A DNA stretch of 64,000 bases from Octopus vulgaris (GCA_951406725.2 OX597817.1:156860001-156924000), one strand, 5' to 3'; shown: positions 36,281 to 50,095, counted from the stretch's first letter. Program-made: numbers and translations. The notes: generated by a model from the sequence alone, not told the origin.

Positions 36281-36644
36281 TAAATATATATAAGGATACA
36301 ATACATCTATGTAATTCATATAGTTCAAGTTGAGCTTCTTTAGAAAGCACAAAAAAGAAAAAGAAAAAAAAATCAAATATGAAGCCTAAAATAAAATTTT
36401 ACTATTTTCCTTCTCTGGTGAAACACTGGTTGAAAATATTGCACTAATTTACATGGTAATTTAAAACGAATTATTTTTCTAATCAGTAATAATTTTCAGT
36501 GACTGTCGCAGTACTTGTGAGCATGCGGTTAGGAGATAAAAAACAATAAATTTCAATTAAGTCACGTAGCCTGTAGTTAAGATGTCATAATATGCAAATG
36601 TATATTATCTAGGTGCAAGACTGTGGCCTACATCTTGGAACGAT

Positions 36645-36922
36645 CGTACATACATACATACATACATACACACACACATACATACACACACACATACATA
36701 CACATATACATATATACACACATACATACATACACACATACATACATACATACGTACGTACGTACATACATACATACACACATACGTACGTACACACACA
36801 CACACACACACACGTACACACACACATACACACACATGTACGTACGTACGTACACACACACACACATACACACATACATACACACATACATACATACATA
36901 CATACATACATACATACATACA
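36645..36922. repeat. (TACA/CA)n microsatellite
   Basis: Direct reading. Confidence 0.95.
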
Positions 36923-37554
36923 ATTCTCCTCTTTACATCATGAAAATTAATTTCACATTATGACAAGATTTTCAAGAACGCATTATATTATTATGGCTGG
37001 GTTCCAGAATAATATAATGCATTTCTACTATAATGTGTCTCATATCGAAGAGCTTAACCATGCTTGTTATATATTATTGTTTTTCTTTTTTAAAACCCTT
37101 TCATTGTAAATTCCCTGATTGGCAGCTTCAATGACTGACTACTTCAAATCTGAATTATTTTAGCTGATTTTATCCCCCCAATTTTTTATTTGTTAGCACT
37201 AAGAAAACAACTAAAAATGCCCGATATACAGTTGTCGTGTGACAGAGAGATATCTTACTTTCAACACATTTTCAATGATACGATTTCGTCATCTTATTTC
37301 GACAGTATTTGGTTTTATTTCTTACACCTTTACGCGTTTTGCACTACAAGCGCTACTTGCTTAAATTTCCATTCAGCTATTCATTGCGATTCACTAAGTT
37401 CACCCGTTGAAAATATCAGTTACCTGAGATAGACTGAAACGCTTTGTCACGCGCCATTTTTCAATGTGTTGTCACCGTGTGTGAATGTAATGAGATATTT
37501 TTGATAAATGCCAAGTCATGTTGTTTGTAAACTTGCGTCTGCAAATAGTATTTC

Positions 37555-37992
37555 TGATTTTGGTACAAGGCCAGCAATTTGAGGGGAAGGGTAAGTCGGT
37601 TACATCGACCCCAGTGCTCATCTGATATTTATTTTATCAGCCCCGAAATAAAGAAAGGTGAAGTCCACCTCGGTGGCATTTGAACTCTGGGGATAAAAAC
37701 CCCGAAGAAATGCGGCTAAACATTTTGTCCGGCATGTAACGATTCGTTTAGCTGGCCGCCTTAAATAAAACTAAGTAGCCCTTTCTACTTTAAACACAAG
37801 GCTTGAAGTTTTTGGAGAAGGGGTTAGTAGATTACATCGATCCCTATGCTCAACTGAGACTTATTTTATCGACCCCAAAAGGAGGGAAATGCAAAATCGA
37901 CCTCGGCGACATTTGAACTCAGAACGTAAAGGCGGAAAAATGCTTAACAGCATTTTGTTCGCTGCGGTAACTGTTTTGCCAGCTCGCCGCCC
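37555..37992 (-). mobile_element. Two diverged SINE family B copies
   Basis: Reverse-complement heads at ~37762 and ~37992; B-box TTTGAACTC. Confidence 0.7.
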
Positions 37993-38237
37993 TAATGGAG
38001 TCTATAACAGAGCTGAAGCTGTCGACTTGTTGTAGGTCAGCTTTCTAATCAAAAGACGTCCCAGTCGTGAACAACCTTTTTTTTTTTTTTGGCAGATGTA
38101 GGCATGGCTGTGTGGCTAAGAACCAACTACATGGTTTCGAATTTAGTTCCACTGCGAGGCACTTTGGGCATGTGTCTTCTTCTATAGCTCTGGACCAACA
38201 AATGCCTTGTGAGTGAATTTCGTACATGTAGACTGTG

Positions 38238-38549
38238 TTGGCGCAAGGCTCAGTGGTTAGAGCGTCGAGCTTACGATCGTGAGGTTGTGAGTTCGAATCT
38301 CTGACCGGGCTGCGTGTTGTGTTCTTGAGCAAGACACTTTATTTCACGTTGCTCCAGTTCACTCAGCTGTAGAAATGAGTTGCGACGTCACAGGTACCAA
38401 GCTGTACTGGCCCCTTTGCCTTTCCCTTGGATAACACTGGTGGCGTGGAGAGGGGAGGCCGGTATGCATGGGCGACAGCTGGTCTCCCATAAACAACCTT
38501 GCTCGGACTTGTACATGGGAGGGTAACTTTCTAGGTGCAATCCCACGGT

Positions 38550-38552
<3 letters not shown>
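38238..38552 (+). mobile_element. SINE family D with tail d, following a family A head (38093-38222)
   Basis: GGCGCAAGGCTCAGTGGTTAGAGC..GTTCGAATC tRNA-like head; tail ..AACTTTCTAGGTGCAATCCCACGGTCA, shared with 44410-44732. Confidence 0.8.
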
Positions 38553-38591
<39 letters not shown>

Positions 38592-40684
38592 CCTCTCCAG
38601 ATTCATATGTATGTCTGTCTGTATTTATGTATCTTTGTTATTGTGTTTGCCTGGTCAGAGGAAAAATTTTCTAGCATGAAATCGGTCCACGGTGAAAAAT
38701 ATGGTTAAGGGCAAATGCCAGAACCTCACCTCTGCGCCTGAAAATATTAATTTTATTTGTTTCAGTTATTGGACTTCAGGCCATGCTGGGGCACTGCTAT
38801 ACGAGGTTTAGTCGAAGAAATCAACCTCAGCGCTCTTTTTTTTTTGTTTGATGTTTGTTTCTTATTCCATCGGTCTTTTTTGCTGAACTGCTAGGTTACG
38901 GGGAAGCAAACAAACCAGCATCAATTATCAAACAGTGTGGGGATGGAGATAAACACAGACACAGGCAAATTACACACGCGCGCACACGCATAACTTTAAT
39001 GCAATATCACCAGATGAAATGAACGCATGAACTCCGATTCACCCGATGTCTCTAGATACTAAGGATTGTACTGTAATAATCCCAGGAATATGGACTATTA
39101 GAATGTTTATAACTTCCATCCATAGATTATTATTATCATCATCATCATCATCATTATTATTATTATTAATATTATTGAGTGAGAGAGCAGTGCATGCCAT
39201 CAAAGTGACACTGGGGTAAAATATACGAAGCCCAGTATACCCATCATGATTACCCATCTGATAAGGGTACACCAAGCACATGCAACACAACCATATGTGC
39301 GCGACATGGTGATCTCATATCAAGATAAACAGCGCATGACCTTGCAGGTGGGGCCCAGTTAGAATTTTCTTCTGGTCGAGTCGCCCAATCGGAGCTGTAT
39401 GCAGATGATGGGCGATAAGATAAAGTCACTTGAGAAAGAGATGATCATGCTTCTTTTCTCTTTTAATAATGCTTGTTGTTCTTGTTTCAACCATGGCTGC
39501 CTCTGCGTAGTTATTTGGGTTGTTTAGTTTCTAGCACATCACCCTCTACCCACATTTCCCCCATCTTTACCATATGGGGCTCTAATAAAATCCGATAATA
39601 GGTATAGATGCAAATCTATCTAATAACTTCTTCCTTTTAAAATCAGGCATAACTTGGCGATCGGTCGACTTACAACACCGTTCTTCGTTTTGAGTTTACT
39701 TGGTAGAGTGAGTTTGTTAACTTGACAAAGTCAAGGTGAGCTCTGATTGGCTGTATGCAACTGAGTTCATTACTGGGGGTCCGGAACTCTCGTGGGAAAA
39801 AATTTCGCCCCCGGGCAATAGTAGAAGATACTTACCCAAGGTACTGCAGAGTGGTACTAAACTCGAAACCATATGGTTTCAAAGCTAGCTTCTTAATCAC
39901 ACAGCCATGCATGCGTCTAGTTAACATTTTTTGCTTCGTCTCACTTTTTTTTTTATTAACGAGAAGACAGAACAGAAGTTCTAAGTGTGCCATTCTCCTT
40001 TCTTCAGCTTCGAAGGTTTTAAAACTTTAGTTTATTAAACAGAAATTTTGCCAACCTACTTCTAAAAGAAACACATTCTTTGAGAGTAGTTGAAATTCGT
40101 TCCACATCAAGAACAGTCAAATGTTTAACCTGGTTCTGCTATCAATTACAGTTTTAATTTTAAGATAATACGGTTGCTTAACCCTAATCGAATAATAATC
40201 TCAATATAGAATGAACTTTATGTTCTGACTAAAAGTACATGGAAATTAGAAAGTCATTAGCGGGAATTATATTTAAACTATGTTTGAATCTGGTATTAAT
40301 TATTTCAGAAGTTAATTTTACGAACTACAAGCACATTTGGATTGAGCCAGATGGCATAAAGTATGCAATGTTTATAGTTTATTAAATGTCGCATTTTACA
40401 CTCTCACACTATTTTTTTCTTCTTTCTGCTGTAGACAACAAGCCTGAAATATAGTGGGAGAGTGTTATTCAATTATATCAGCCACCCACCACCACCACCA
40501 CCACCACACACACTGCTCAACTGGTACTTATCTTATTGATCGTAAAATGAGTGGAAGGCAAAGTCGATCTTGGCGGAATTTGAACTAAGGGCGTAAAAAC
40601 CGGAAAAAATCCTACTAAGGAGGTGAAGGAACGATTTTGCCACCTTCCCGTCGCCTTTTTTACAGCCTCGCACTATAACACTAT

Positions 40685-41083
40685 ACTCTTTTACTTGTTT
40701 CAGTCATTTGACTGCAGCCATGCTGGAACACCACCTTTAGTCGAACGAATCGACCCCAGGTATTATTCTTTGTAAGCCTAGTACTTATTCTACCGGTCTG
40801 TTTTGCCGAACTGCTAAGTTACGGGGACGTAAACACACTAACATTGGTTGTCCAGCGATGGTGGGATGATAAAGACACGTACACACACACACACACACAT
40901 ACATACATACATATATATATGACGGGCTTCTTTCAGTTTCCGTCTACCAAATCCACTCACAAGGCTTTGGTCAGCTCGAGGCTATAGTAGAAGACACGTG
41001 CTCAAGTTTCCACGTAGTGGAACTGAACCTGGAACCAAGTGGTTGGGAAGCAAGCTTCTTACCACACAGCCACGCCTGCGCCT
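40685..41083 (-). mobile_element. SINE family A, full length
   Basis: Reverse-complement homology to 1814-2224. Confidence 0.85.
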
Positions 41084-41111
41084 ATAAAATGTGTGTTAAT
41101 TTTATACTTAA

Positions 41112-41506
41112 CTAGCACTATCGCCCGGCGTTGCTCGGGTTTGTAAGGGAAATAACTATATAAGCATTTTTAGAGATGTAAAGTATAATAGCCATCTCAA
41201 TATGGCTAACCACAAAGGATGGGGGTTACTGTAGCTTTTTACGTTCTGAGATTTAATAATAAATTTTTAGAGAGTTACTTCCCTTATATATGCCAAAAAT
41301 GCATTAAAAATGGGGAAAATTGATGGTAATTTTTTTTTTAATCGTAGACTCATCGTAGACGCGCGCTAATACCCAGAAGGGCTCGATATGAATCACGACT
41401 ATAAGATACCCGGTTTTGGTTAAACTGCACCGCAGAATGTGGGAGTAGTTAGGAATCTAAATCGTAGGAGACAGACAGCACACAACCTTACTTTTATATA
41501 TAAAGA
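41112..41506 (-). mobile_element. Non-autonomous Helitron monomer
   Basis: Minus strand A|TCTTTATATAT...CCCGAGCAACGCCGGGCGATAGTGCTAG|T; has a variant internal segment. Confidence 0.9.
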
Positions 41507-41509
41507 TTA

Positions 41510-41900
41510 AGGCAGCGAGCTGGCAGAATTGTTAGCACGCTGGGCGAAATGCTTAGCGGCATTTCGTCCGTCTTTACGTTCTGAGTTCAAATTCCGCCAA
41601 GGTTGACTTTGCCTTTCATCTTCTTGGGCAGGCCCGTCACCAAACTTTGGTGCCCGGAGGTGGTTCAGAATATTTTGGGTGGACTCTAATTTGTATTGTA
41701 GAAAGAATTTTGTAAGCTATTTTCTAAATCTAAATGTGCACCGTTGAATAGTGAAAGGGCACTGCCGTCCAGTGTACCCTCTTAGCAATGGGCATGCTTT
41801 CACAGTCGATAAAATAAGTACCAGTTGAACACTGAAGTCGATGTAATCGTCTTACACTCTTACCCAGAATTGCTGGCCTTGTGCCAAAATTTGAAATCAC
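41510..41900 (+). mobile_element. SINE family B interrupted by a ~170-bp insertion (~41629-41796)
   Basis: SINE breaks after GCCTTTCATCTT and resumes at GTCGATAAAATAAGTACC; insert has weak CAGGCCCGT/ATGGGCATG ends. Confidence 0.7.
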
Positions 41901-42317
41901 TTTTATACTTAATTGTGCGTGTTTTCATTAATAAATATTGAGTAATATTTTTGTTGCTTTTGAAATCGGTGCCTGTAAATCAGACGTTCCTGTTTTTAAA
42001 AATCGTTGTAATTATAAACAAAACCATGAAATTAAGGCCAATAATCTGAGTGGGTGCAGATTTTTCATAAACACCCATTTTACCTTCCTTGTATATGTTA
42101 TTCAAACGCAAAACATTGAGAAGTGACTGTAGGTTAATAAATGAGATTGTGAGTTTAAAGCTGTAAATTTCAAACGTGATACTTCCTTGAAAGAAACCCA
42201 CCAAAAAACACGTAACTTGTGAAACTACTCCCTCTCTCTCTCTCTCCACACACACAACTAAAAAAACTAAAAAAAACCGCTCACCATGCCCTGCCATACA
42301 GCTTCTTTACGCAACGA

Positions 42318-42550
42318 AGGCGGCGAGCTGGCAGACACGTTAGCGCGCCGGGCGGAATGCTTAGCGGTATTTCGTCTGTCGTTACGTTCTGAGTTCAAAT
42401 TCCGCCGAGGTCGACTTTGCCTTTCATCCTTTCAGGGTCGATAAATAAAAGTACCAGTTTCGCACTGGATTCGATGTAATCGACTTAATCCGTTTGTCTG
42501 TCCTTGTTTGTCCTCTCTATGTTTAGCCCCTTGTGGGCAATAAAGAAATA
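42318..42550 (+). mobile_element. SINE family B monomer
   Basis: Full head to TAAAGAAATA tail. Confidence 0.85.
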
Positions 42551-42914
42551 TATTTCTGACCAATCGATGCGTAACGAAGGGATATTTCGTCGGTTGACAT
42601 GAGAAAAAACGAAGATCTGTGTGATGGCCGATTACAAAAATATTTCTTTTACCGTTAACAAAAGGTGCTGCTGTCAACACGACTGACAGAACAGATATTT
42701 TTACCAAGTGAATCAGTTTTTGTGTGTCAACAATGATAATGATTGTCTTTAGTTACCAGGCAGACCATCTATATACACCCGATAATCTGTCAATGAAAAA
42801 GCACCAAAGACAAAATCATTAATGACATTCCAATATGTAAATCCGAAAATGGTTGTTTACATCAACTAGGATTCCAGTGAGTTAAGTATCCGCTGAGCCT
42901 CTTGTATTTTCTTA

Positions 42915-43306
42915 GGGTGGAGGCGCAATGGCCCAGTGGTTAGGGCAGTGGACTCGCGGTCGTAGGATAGCGGTTTCGATTCCCAGACCGGGCGTTGTGA
43001 GTGTTTATTGAGCGAAAACACCTAAAGCTCTACGAGGCTCCGGCAGGGGATGGTGGTGATCCCTGCTGTACTCTTTCACCACAACTTTCTCTCACTCTTA
43101 CTTCCTGTTTCTGTCGTACCTGTATTTCAAAGGGCCGGCCTTGTCACTCTCTGTGTCACGCTGAATATCCCCGAGAACTACGTTAAGGGTACACGTGTCT
43201 GTGGAGTGCTCAGCCACTTACACGTTAATTTCACGAGCAGGCTGTTCCGTTGATTCGGATCAACCGGAACCCTCGTCGTCGTAACCGACGGAGTGCTTCC
43301 ATCACC
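42915..43306 (+). mobile_element. SINE family C with tail a
   Basis: GGAGGCGCAATGGCCCAGTGGTTAGGGC..GTTTCGATTCCC head; TSD ATTTTCTTA. Confidence 0.88.
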
Positions 43307-43958
43307 ATTTTCTTAATATATATTTATTAGAGACTTGAATGGCTGACAAATCCTGTTTTGGTGTTTAGTTATTTTAACGTCTGAACACAGTGATTCAGGT
43401 TGTTTCTTGTCAGGGAGTAGGGACTCTGTGAATATTCCTGCAACAGATAATTATCCACTTTTCGCGCTTTCTACTGAAGAGTACGCCTATCACTGGCAGC
43501 CTATTTTATTCACATGAGACATTATTTCATTTTCAGAGTTATTTCTTCAGTGAGCAAATACTTGTTGGTCGAAGAGGCATTCCCACCATTTATTTGCACA
43601 CCTGCTTTATTCTAAAAGCCTTTTAAAAATGTACTTTTAACATTACATTTTCACTTGCATACATTTCCTGTTTGTTATGTTGACAGTTGATCCATATATC
43701 AATAAATCACTGCATAATTTTTTCATATTTTTTACTTGTTTCCTTAAAAATATTATTAAAAATCTCGGTGGATATTCTGCCTTTTCTTCGGCTAATATGT
43801 TTTTGATAAGTTTATCATTCGACCAATTTGTTTTTGTACGAATATATCTTTCGGTCATTTTGTTTTCGACCAACATAAATTATGTTTCTAGACCCGTATA
43901 AATCTGTAACCCTCTAGAGTATTGGTTACAATCCATAACGATTTTAAATCAGAAGCAG

Positions 43959-44385
43959 GGATCTTTTCGGTCTGAATGGCAGTTTTTAACATAATTTCCA
44001 CGTAACTAAACACTTTTAAACTTCGTATACTGGTAGAATGTGTTTATAAAACATCTTTTTCTCTTGGCTTTATTGAGAAAATTCTATAGTTTGTAAGATA
44101 TTTGTTGTTGTTTTTCTTCAATTTCTGCAATTTCAACCAATCATTGACGTATTTTTGAGGTGAAACCATTCTGTGCCGTATGAATATGCCCCTCGTTTAA
44201 GAAACAGATTGGGTTTATTTACATTTCTGAAGAAAAAAAGATACCCTTCCCCCCACCTTTAACCCTAACTAACTCTAACCCTAAAACAGATTGAAATGCA
44301 ATAGATCGATACTAGGGTCATAATTATGGGTGACGATTTCATATGACACCGCTGGTAAAAACTGCCGTTCAAACCGAAAAGATCC
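43959..44385. mobile_element. Merlin-like MITE (TTAGGG-carrying family)
   Basis: GGATCTTTTCGG TIRs; 8-bp TSD not preserved. Confidence 0.85.
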
Positions 44386-44409
44386 CAGCGAAACAATGTA
44401 GTTCAGGTA

Positions 44410-44732
44410 AAGGATAAAGTTCCCCTTCTCTCATGAATGACCATGGAATTGCACCTAGAAAGTTTCCTTCTGAGGCATAAGCCCAGGCAAGGTTACTTAT
44501 GAAGGACCAGTATTCGCCCATGCATACCAGCCTTTCCCTCCCCACGCCACAGATGTTATTCAAGGCAAAGGCTGATACAGCCTGGCACCAGTGACGTACG
44601 GCGGAGTGAGTGAACAGGAGCAACATGAAATAAATGTCTTTCTCAAGAGCATAATGCACAGCCCGGTCCGGGAATCGAACTCACTACCTCATGATTGTGA
44701 TTTCAACACTCTAAACACTGAGCCATGCGCCT
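44410..44732 (-). mobile_element. SINE family D with tail d
   Basis: Reverse-complement homology to 38238-38552. Confidence 0.75.
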
Positions 44733-44758
44733 TTATACCTCAGATACTATTTCTGAAA

Positions 44759-45123
44759 GTGGAGGCGCAATGGCCCAGTGGTTAGGGCAGCGGACTCGCG
44801 GTTTCGATTCCCAGACCGGGCGTTGTGAGTGTTTATTGAGCGAAAACACCTAAAGCTCCACGAGGCTCCGGCAGGGGATAGTGGTGATCCCTGCTGTACT
44901 CTTTCACCACAACTTTCTCTCACTTTTACTTCCTGTTTCTGTTGTACTTTGTATTTCAAAGGACACCCTCTGTGTCACGCTGAATATCCCCGAGAACTAC
45001 GTTAAGGGTACACGTGTCTGTGGAGTGCTCAGCCACTTACACATTAATTTCACGAGCAGGCTGTTCCGTTGATCGGATCAACCGGAACCCTCGTCGTCGT
45101 AACCGACGGAGTGCTTCCATCCC
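44759..45123 (+). mobile_element. SINE family C with tail a
   Basis: Near-identical to 42915-43306 apart from short deletions; 13-bp TSD ACTATTTCTGAAA. Confidence 0.9.
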
Positions 45124-45172
45124 ACTATTTCTGAAATACTTAACATATCACTTGAAGGTACTATACAAGTAG

Positions 45173-45573
45173 AAGGCGGCGAGCTGGCAGAAACGTTAGC
45201 ACGCCGGGCGAAATGCTTATCGGTATTTCGTCTGCCGCTACGTTCTGAGTTCAAATTCCGCCAAGGTCGACTTTGCCTTTCATCCTTTCGGGGTCGATTA
45301 AATAAGTACCAGTTACGCACTGGGGTCGATATGATCGACTTAATCCCTTTGTCTGTCCTTGTTTGTCCTCTCTGTGTTTAGCCCCTTGTGGGTAATAAAG
45401 AAATAGGTATTTCGTCTGCCGCTACGTTCTGAGTTCAAATTCTGCCAAGGTCGACTTTGCCTTTCATCCTTTCGGGGTCGATAAATTAAGTACCAGTTAC
45501 GTATTGGGTCGATATAATCGACTTAATCCGTTTGTCCCCTCTGTGTTTAGCCCCTTGTGGGTAGTAAAGAAAT
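45173..45573 (+). mobile_element. SINE family B dimer within a single TSD
   Basis: TSD AGGTACTATACAAGTAG (45156-45172, 45574-45590); restart at GGTATTTCGTCTG ~45406. Confidence 0.9.
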
Positions 45574-45781
45574 AGGTACTATACAAGTAGGTGCCTGTAG
45601 ACGTGGAATAATGAAGGGGTCCTTTATGTTTTTTTAAATGAAATTTTGGGATGTTACTGCCATCATTTCCGGTTTCTATCGCAATTTACTTTCAAGTTTA
45701 ATGATAGTTTACTCTCACTTTTTTATGATCGTAAACCACATAACCCGGAAACAGTTGCGCATAGGAATCTAACGGCTCAGT

Positions 45782-46199
45782 GGCAATCTTTCGTCTCTAG
45801 TAGACCTTTCCGTCGATTTCCGTAAAAAAAATTTTTATTTTACATATGGGCTTGCGGGAACTTTTGAAGGAGAGCGAAAGAGACTAAGAGAAAGCGATTG
45901 TATGACGAGGGAAATTCTTTTGAAGTTACCGTGCATGTGAAGCATTGATGTACATGTGTGTGTGTGTGTGTGTTTGATGGCGTGTGGGAGACAGAAAGTA
46001 TGTTGTGTAAGTGAAGTGCTTCTGTTAGTGTGTGTGAAGAGACAGAGTAATGTGTGAAAGAAAGAGATAACTGAAATTTTTTACTCGGTGTATGTGTATA
46101 TGTATGTATATTACTTCAAAAGTTCCCGCAAGCCCATATGTAAAAAAAAAATTTTTTACGGAAATCGACGGAAAGGTCTACTAGAGACGAAAGATCGCC
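45782..46199. mobile_element. MITE with ~87-bp TIRs (Merlin-like, second family)
   Basis: GGC(A/G)ATCTTTCGTCTCTAGTAGACC... TIRs; perfect 8-bp TSD GGCTCAGT. Confidence 0.92.
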
Positions 46200-46489
46200 G
46201 GCTCAGTATATCACATTTACTACAGTGCTAATTATAATCAAAAGTACACGGATACGCAAGTTATATAATAACAGTGATGATTTTAAATGTAGATTTATAA
46301 AAAAAAACACAACTAATAAAAAGAATACAGAAAATGGTATTTTGTTTTCTATTCACACGACCGGGAAAACGTAGTAGTAGTATTTCTACTTTAGAATGTA
46401 ACAAGACTATAAAAGTACCAACATAATTTTAGTACAGGACAAGATTCGTGACCTGGTATTAATAAACTAGAATAGCAACACACACTCAT

Positions 46490-46799
46490 ACAGACGCATA
46501 CATACTCACACATGCTTGTCTCTGTACACGGACGCAGACGCATACATGCATGCACACATATACATCCATAAATACATGCGCGCATACATACATACATACA
46601 CACATACATACATACACACATACATACATACACACATACATACACACATACATACATACATACATACATACATACATACATACATACACACACACACATA
46701 CATACATACACACATACATACACACACATACATACATACATACACACATACATACATACATACATACATACATACATACATACATACATACATACATAC
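46490..46799. repeat. (TACA/CA)n microsatellite
   Basis: Direct reading. Confidence 0.92.
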
Positions 46800-47055
46800 C
46801 AAATATCTGGTGCACAAATGGGACAGAAACGCGGGAAAAGCAGCAAAATGTGATAACCGATGCAGGCTTTGTGGAGTTAACACCGAAGATATCACCCACA
46901 TCATAAGCAGTTGTCCGAAAATGTCATCACGGTTATTATCTACCGATGAGACAAGATGTTGTAGCTAGGACTTTGTATAACGAGATCCGTCAGGAGGATA
47001 ATCCCAAGGCCACAGAAATGAGAACCTACGGTATGGTAGAAGCTACAGCCACTCC
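46797..47055 (+). mobile_element. RLE non-LTR (R4/Dong-like) CCHC fragment
   Basis: TKYL..DNRCRLCGVNTEDITHIISSCPKMS / YLPMRQDVVARTLY. Confidence 0.75.
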
Positions 47056-47059
47056 TTGC

Positions 47060-47640
47060 AGGTGCTGACACTCTACATACGAATGGCAACTTTGCTATGG
47101 CTCCAAATATTTTAAAACAGATCTATGTCATCAAAGCTGAGTAGGCCACCAACATTATCCACAGGGATGGCATCAATCCAGTCATCTGTGTATTTGGCAC
47201 CTTGTAAATTGGATCCGACTGGATGAAGAGGGAGTCGAAGGTGGCCTTCGAAATTATGTTGTCCCAAGCTCTCTGACTCCGACAGTTCTCCACCTTCTAA
47301 GGAACAGACAAGCCCAATTCCCTCCAGTGTTGGAGAGCTTCATCCAACTCCCTGTTGGAACTGGTCCATGTTGGAGAGGAGAGGATGTTGCTCACCAGGG
47401 TGGAGCAGGCATGGGTGGAGGAAAGGAAGCAGGGGAGAGAGAGATGGACGAACACTTACGAAGATCAAGACTTCCAAATCGCTTGGGCAATGCAGCTTGA
47501 TCGCGGAACGCTGAAGAGAGTCTAACATTGACTAAGCATTCGAGTCTCTCAACGATTAGGTTGTCGAAGCGTTGGAGGCACGATGGGAATCGGTAAGATG
47601 AGCTGACTCTGAGTAAATATAGAAGCTTAGTTAGTGATCG
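47060..47640 (-). mobile_element. CRE-like non-LTR post-RT fragment
   Basis: KLLYLLR..FD....LE..VNV.L....QAALP.R.G.L.LR, then QRAWD and WIDAIP motifs. Confidence 0.65.
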
Positions 47641-49328
47641 TGTGACTATTACTGGCCACCACTTTAACAGACAAATCAAAACTGTGCGTGCCTATCGGTG
47701 CACTGGACGGCACAACCCGCTCGCTATTCAATGATGTACTCTCAGATTTACACTGATACAATTATTTCAAAACTCCATTTCACCATTATTACAAATTAGT
47801 GCTTACCCAGAATATTTTGAAGCATCCCTGGGCACCAAAGTCTGAAAATGAGCCCGACAATGTGTATGATTCATGGATGGCGTTTAGAATTAATATGATT
47901 TTAAATTTTTCAAATTTGTCCAATACCTAGGCGAAGAAATAGGAATTATATGAATGCAAATGCTATTTTGTATCCTCATAAATAAAGAGTGGGACAAACA
48001 TGTACGAGTCACTTGCAAAAATAAAACACCTGGCCGATGACGTTTAAATCTAACGGTAAAATTTTTAATCACATCGATGCTGTTAACTGTAACGAAGTAG
48101 CAGCACACATCAACATTGACGATGGATTTAAGAACTTTACATCTGTCCAAAATGAACTGCCAAGAATTCATAGGAAAAATAAGAAAGCCTTGCTGAAGAA
48201 GATAAAAGTAGAACGCCGTCGTGTATTCAAGTCAACACACACATTTTCTAAGAAGATCGAAAGGTAAATCCTTTCGGATGCTTCGGACGCATAGAACTCC
48301 TATGAACTTATACCACATTAACTTCCCAAGTTCATCGGAGTTTCATAGGTAGCGTAACAGAATGAGAGTTCAGGAACACTGGAGGGGTGTCTAGTCTGAT
48401 CTTGTCACTACAGTAGTATATATATATATATATATATATATTTTTTACATTACAAGAGTTGATATTAGCACCTTGCAGTGACTTTGGTATTGATAGGACT
48501 TCAGTAAGCTGGAGAATTTGATCTCAGAACGTGAAGATCGGGAAAAATATCGTAAGGCATTTCGTCTGCCGTTTTAAACAATTCCGCCAATCAACTTGAA
48601 TTGGTGCTTTGTCGACCTAGAAATGAAAGGCAAAGTTGATCTCAGTGGAATGTGAACTCAGAATGCAGGGAGCTGAGGGAGGGGATAAGTACGGGAGACA
48701 ACTTCAAGCATGTTTCTGTATTATTAGAGCTTCTTAGGAAAGTATAAACTTTACCGTACTGCTGCAGTAGTAATGAGAGAATCACACTAAATATATGTAC
48801 AATATTGTACACAAGCAACAAATCATAGGGGCTACTCGACGAAAGATAAGATAGCGCCGTGTATAGATACTATCTACTTTTATACTAAATTTTACTAACT
48901 GCGAATAGCTGTTATTTTCAATGAATAAACAATCAGTTGAAAGAACCGACTTAAAAAAGAATTACAATGATTAGATCACTATTTCATGTTTTTTTAGGAG
49001 TCCATAAATAATGTATTCAAATCCAAGCACAAGCCAATGGAGGAGCCACTCTGCTAGAAATAACAGTGAAATCACCCTTAAATCGCAACTTCACCTGCTA
49101 GAAATAGCAGTGAAATCTTCCTCAAATTACATTTACTCTCGCAAAATAGGACGGATTTATTACTTAATGTGACTCTAAATACACAATTTTGAAAAGAAAA
49201 TTGGATGTCCATGGTTGGAACGCCTTTGACCATTGGTCTGTGATTATACAGCAACAAATACACGAATACGTTTAAACACATGCTAAAACTTAAATAAAAT
49301 AAGTCCGCACAAATTTTAATAATAAATA

Positions 49329-49714
49329 TCTTTATATATAAAAGTGAAGTTGTGTGTCTGTCTCCTACGATTTAGATTCCTAACTACTCCCACATTTTGC
49401 GATGCAGTTTAACCAAAACCGGGTATCTTATAGTCGTGATTCATATCGAGCCCTTCTGGGTATTAGCGCTCGTCTACGATGAGTCTACGATTTAAAAAAA
49501 AATTTACCATCATTTTTTCCATTTTAATGCATTTTTTCGCTATCATATAAGGGAAGTAACTCTCTAAAAATGTCTACGATGAGTCAACGACTTAAAAAAA
49601 AGTTACCATCATTTTTTTTTCCATTTTTAATGCATTTTTTGGCTATAACTCTCTAAAAATGCTTATATAGTTATTTCCCTTACAAGTCCGAGCAACGCCG
49701 GGCGATACTGCTAG
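49329..49714 (+). mobile_element. Non-autonomous Helitron monomer upstream of GCLC
   Basis: A|TC...CCGAGCAACGCCGGGCGATACTGCTAG|T. Confidence 0.9.
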
Positions 49715-50048
49715 TAATGAATTAACTAAGGTGAAGCAAAAGAAGTTAGGCTAATTTTCCTCAGTCACCGCTGCCAAGGCTACACATGCGCAATAGGGAG
49801 TTGTCAAAAACTCGAATGTGTTTAGTTGTTTACACTCGTCTTCTCTCCCCCCGTTCCTTTCAATGATTGAACTCTTTTTAATAGAAGTAAAGAGGAATTC
49901 AATTCACATTTCAGCTCTCTATTTACTAAAGTGTTGTACCCGCTCCAGATAAACTCCCACCATTCATTGCCAAGCAAGTTTAATAGAAGCCTTTATTCAA
50001 AGAGCAAACCTAAAAAAAACAACAAAAACAACCCGTTTGTTCAACTGT

Positions 50049-50082
<34 letters not shown>

Positions 50083-50095
50083 CATATATATATAC

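Noticed and set aside
42915-42990. tRNA gene (also the heads at 38238, 44759 and 61520)
   Set aside because: These are tRNA-like SINE heads continuing into SINE bodies, most with TSDs; no complete cloverleaf.
47800-47930. Kinase-like ILKHPW motif
   Set aside because: Isolated 6-aa match with no other kinase subdomains or convincing splice sites.
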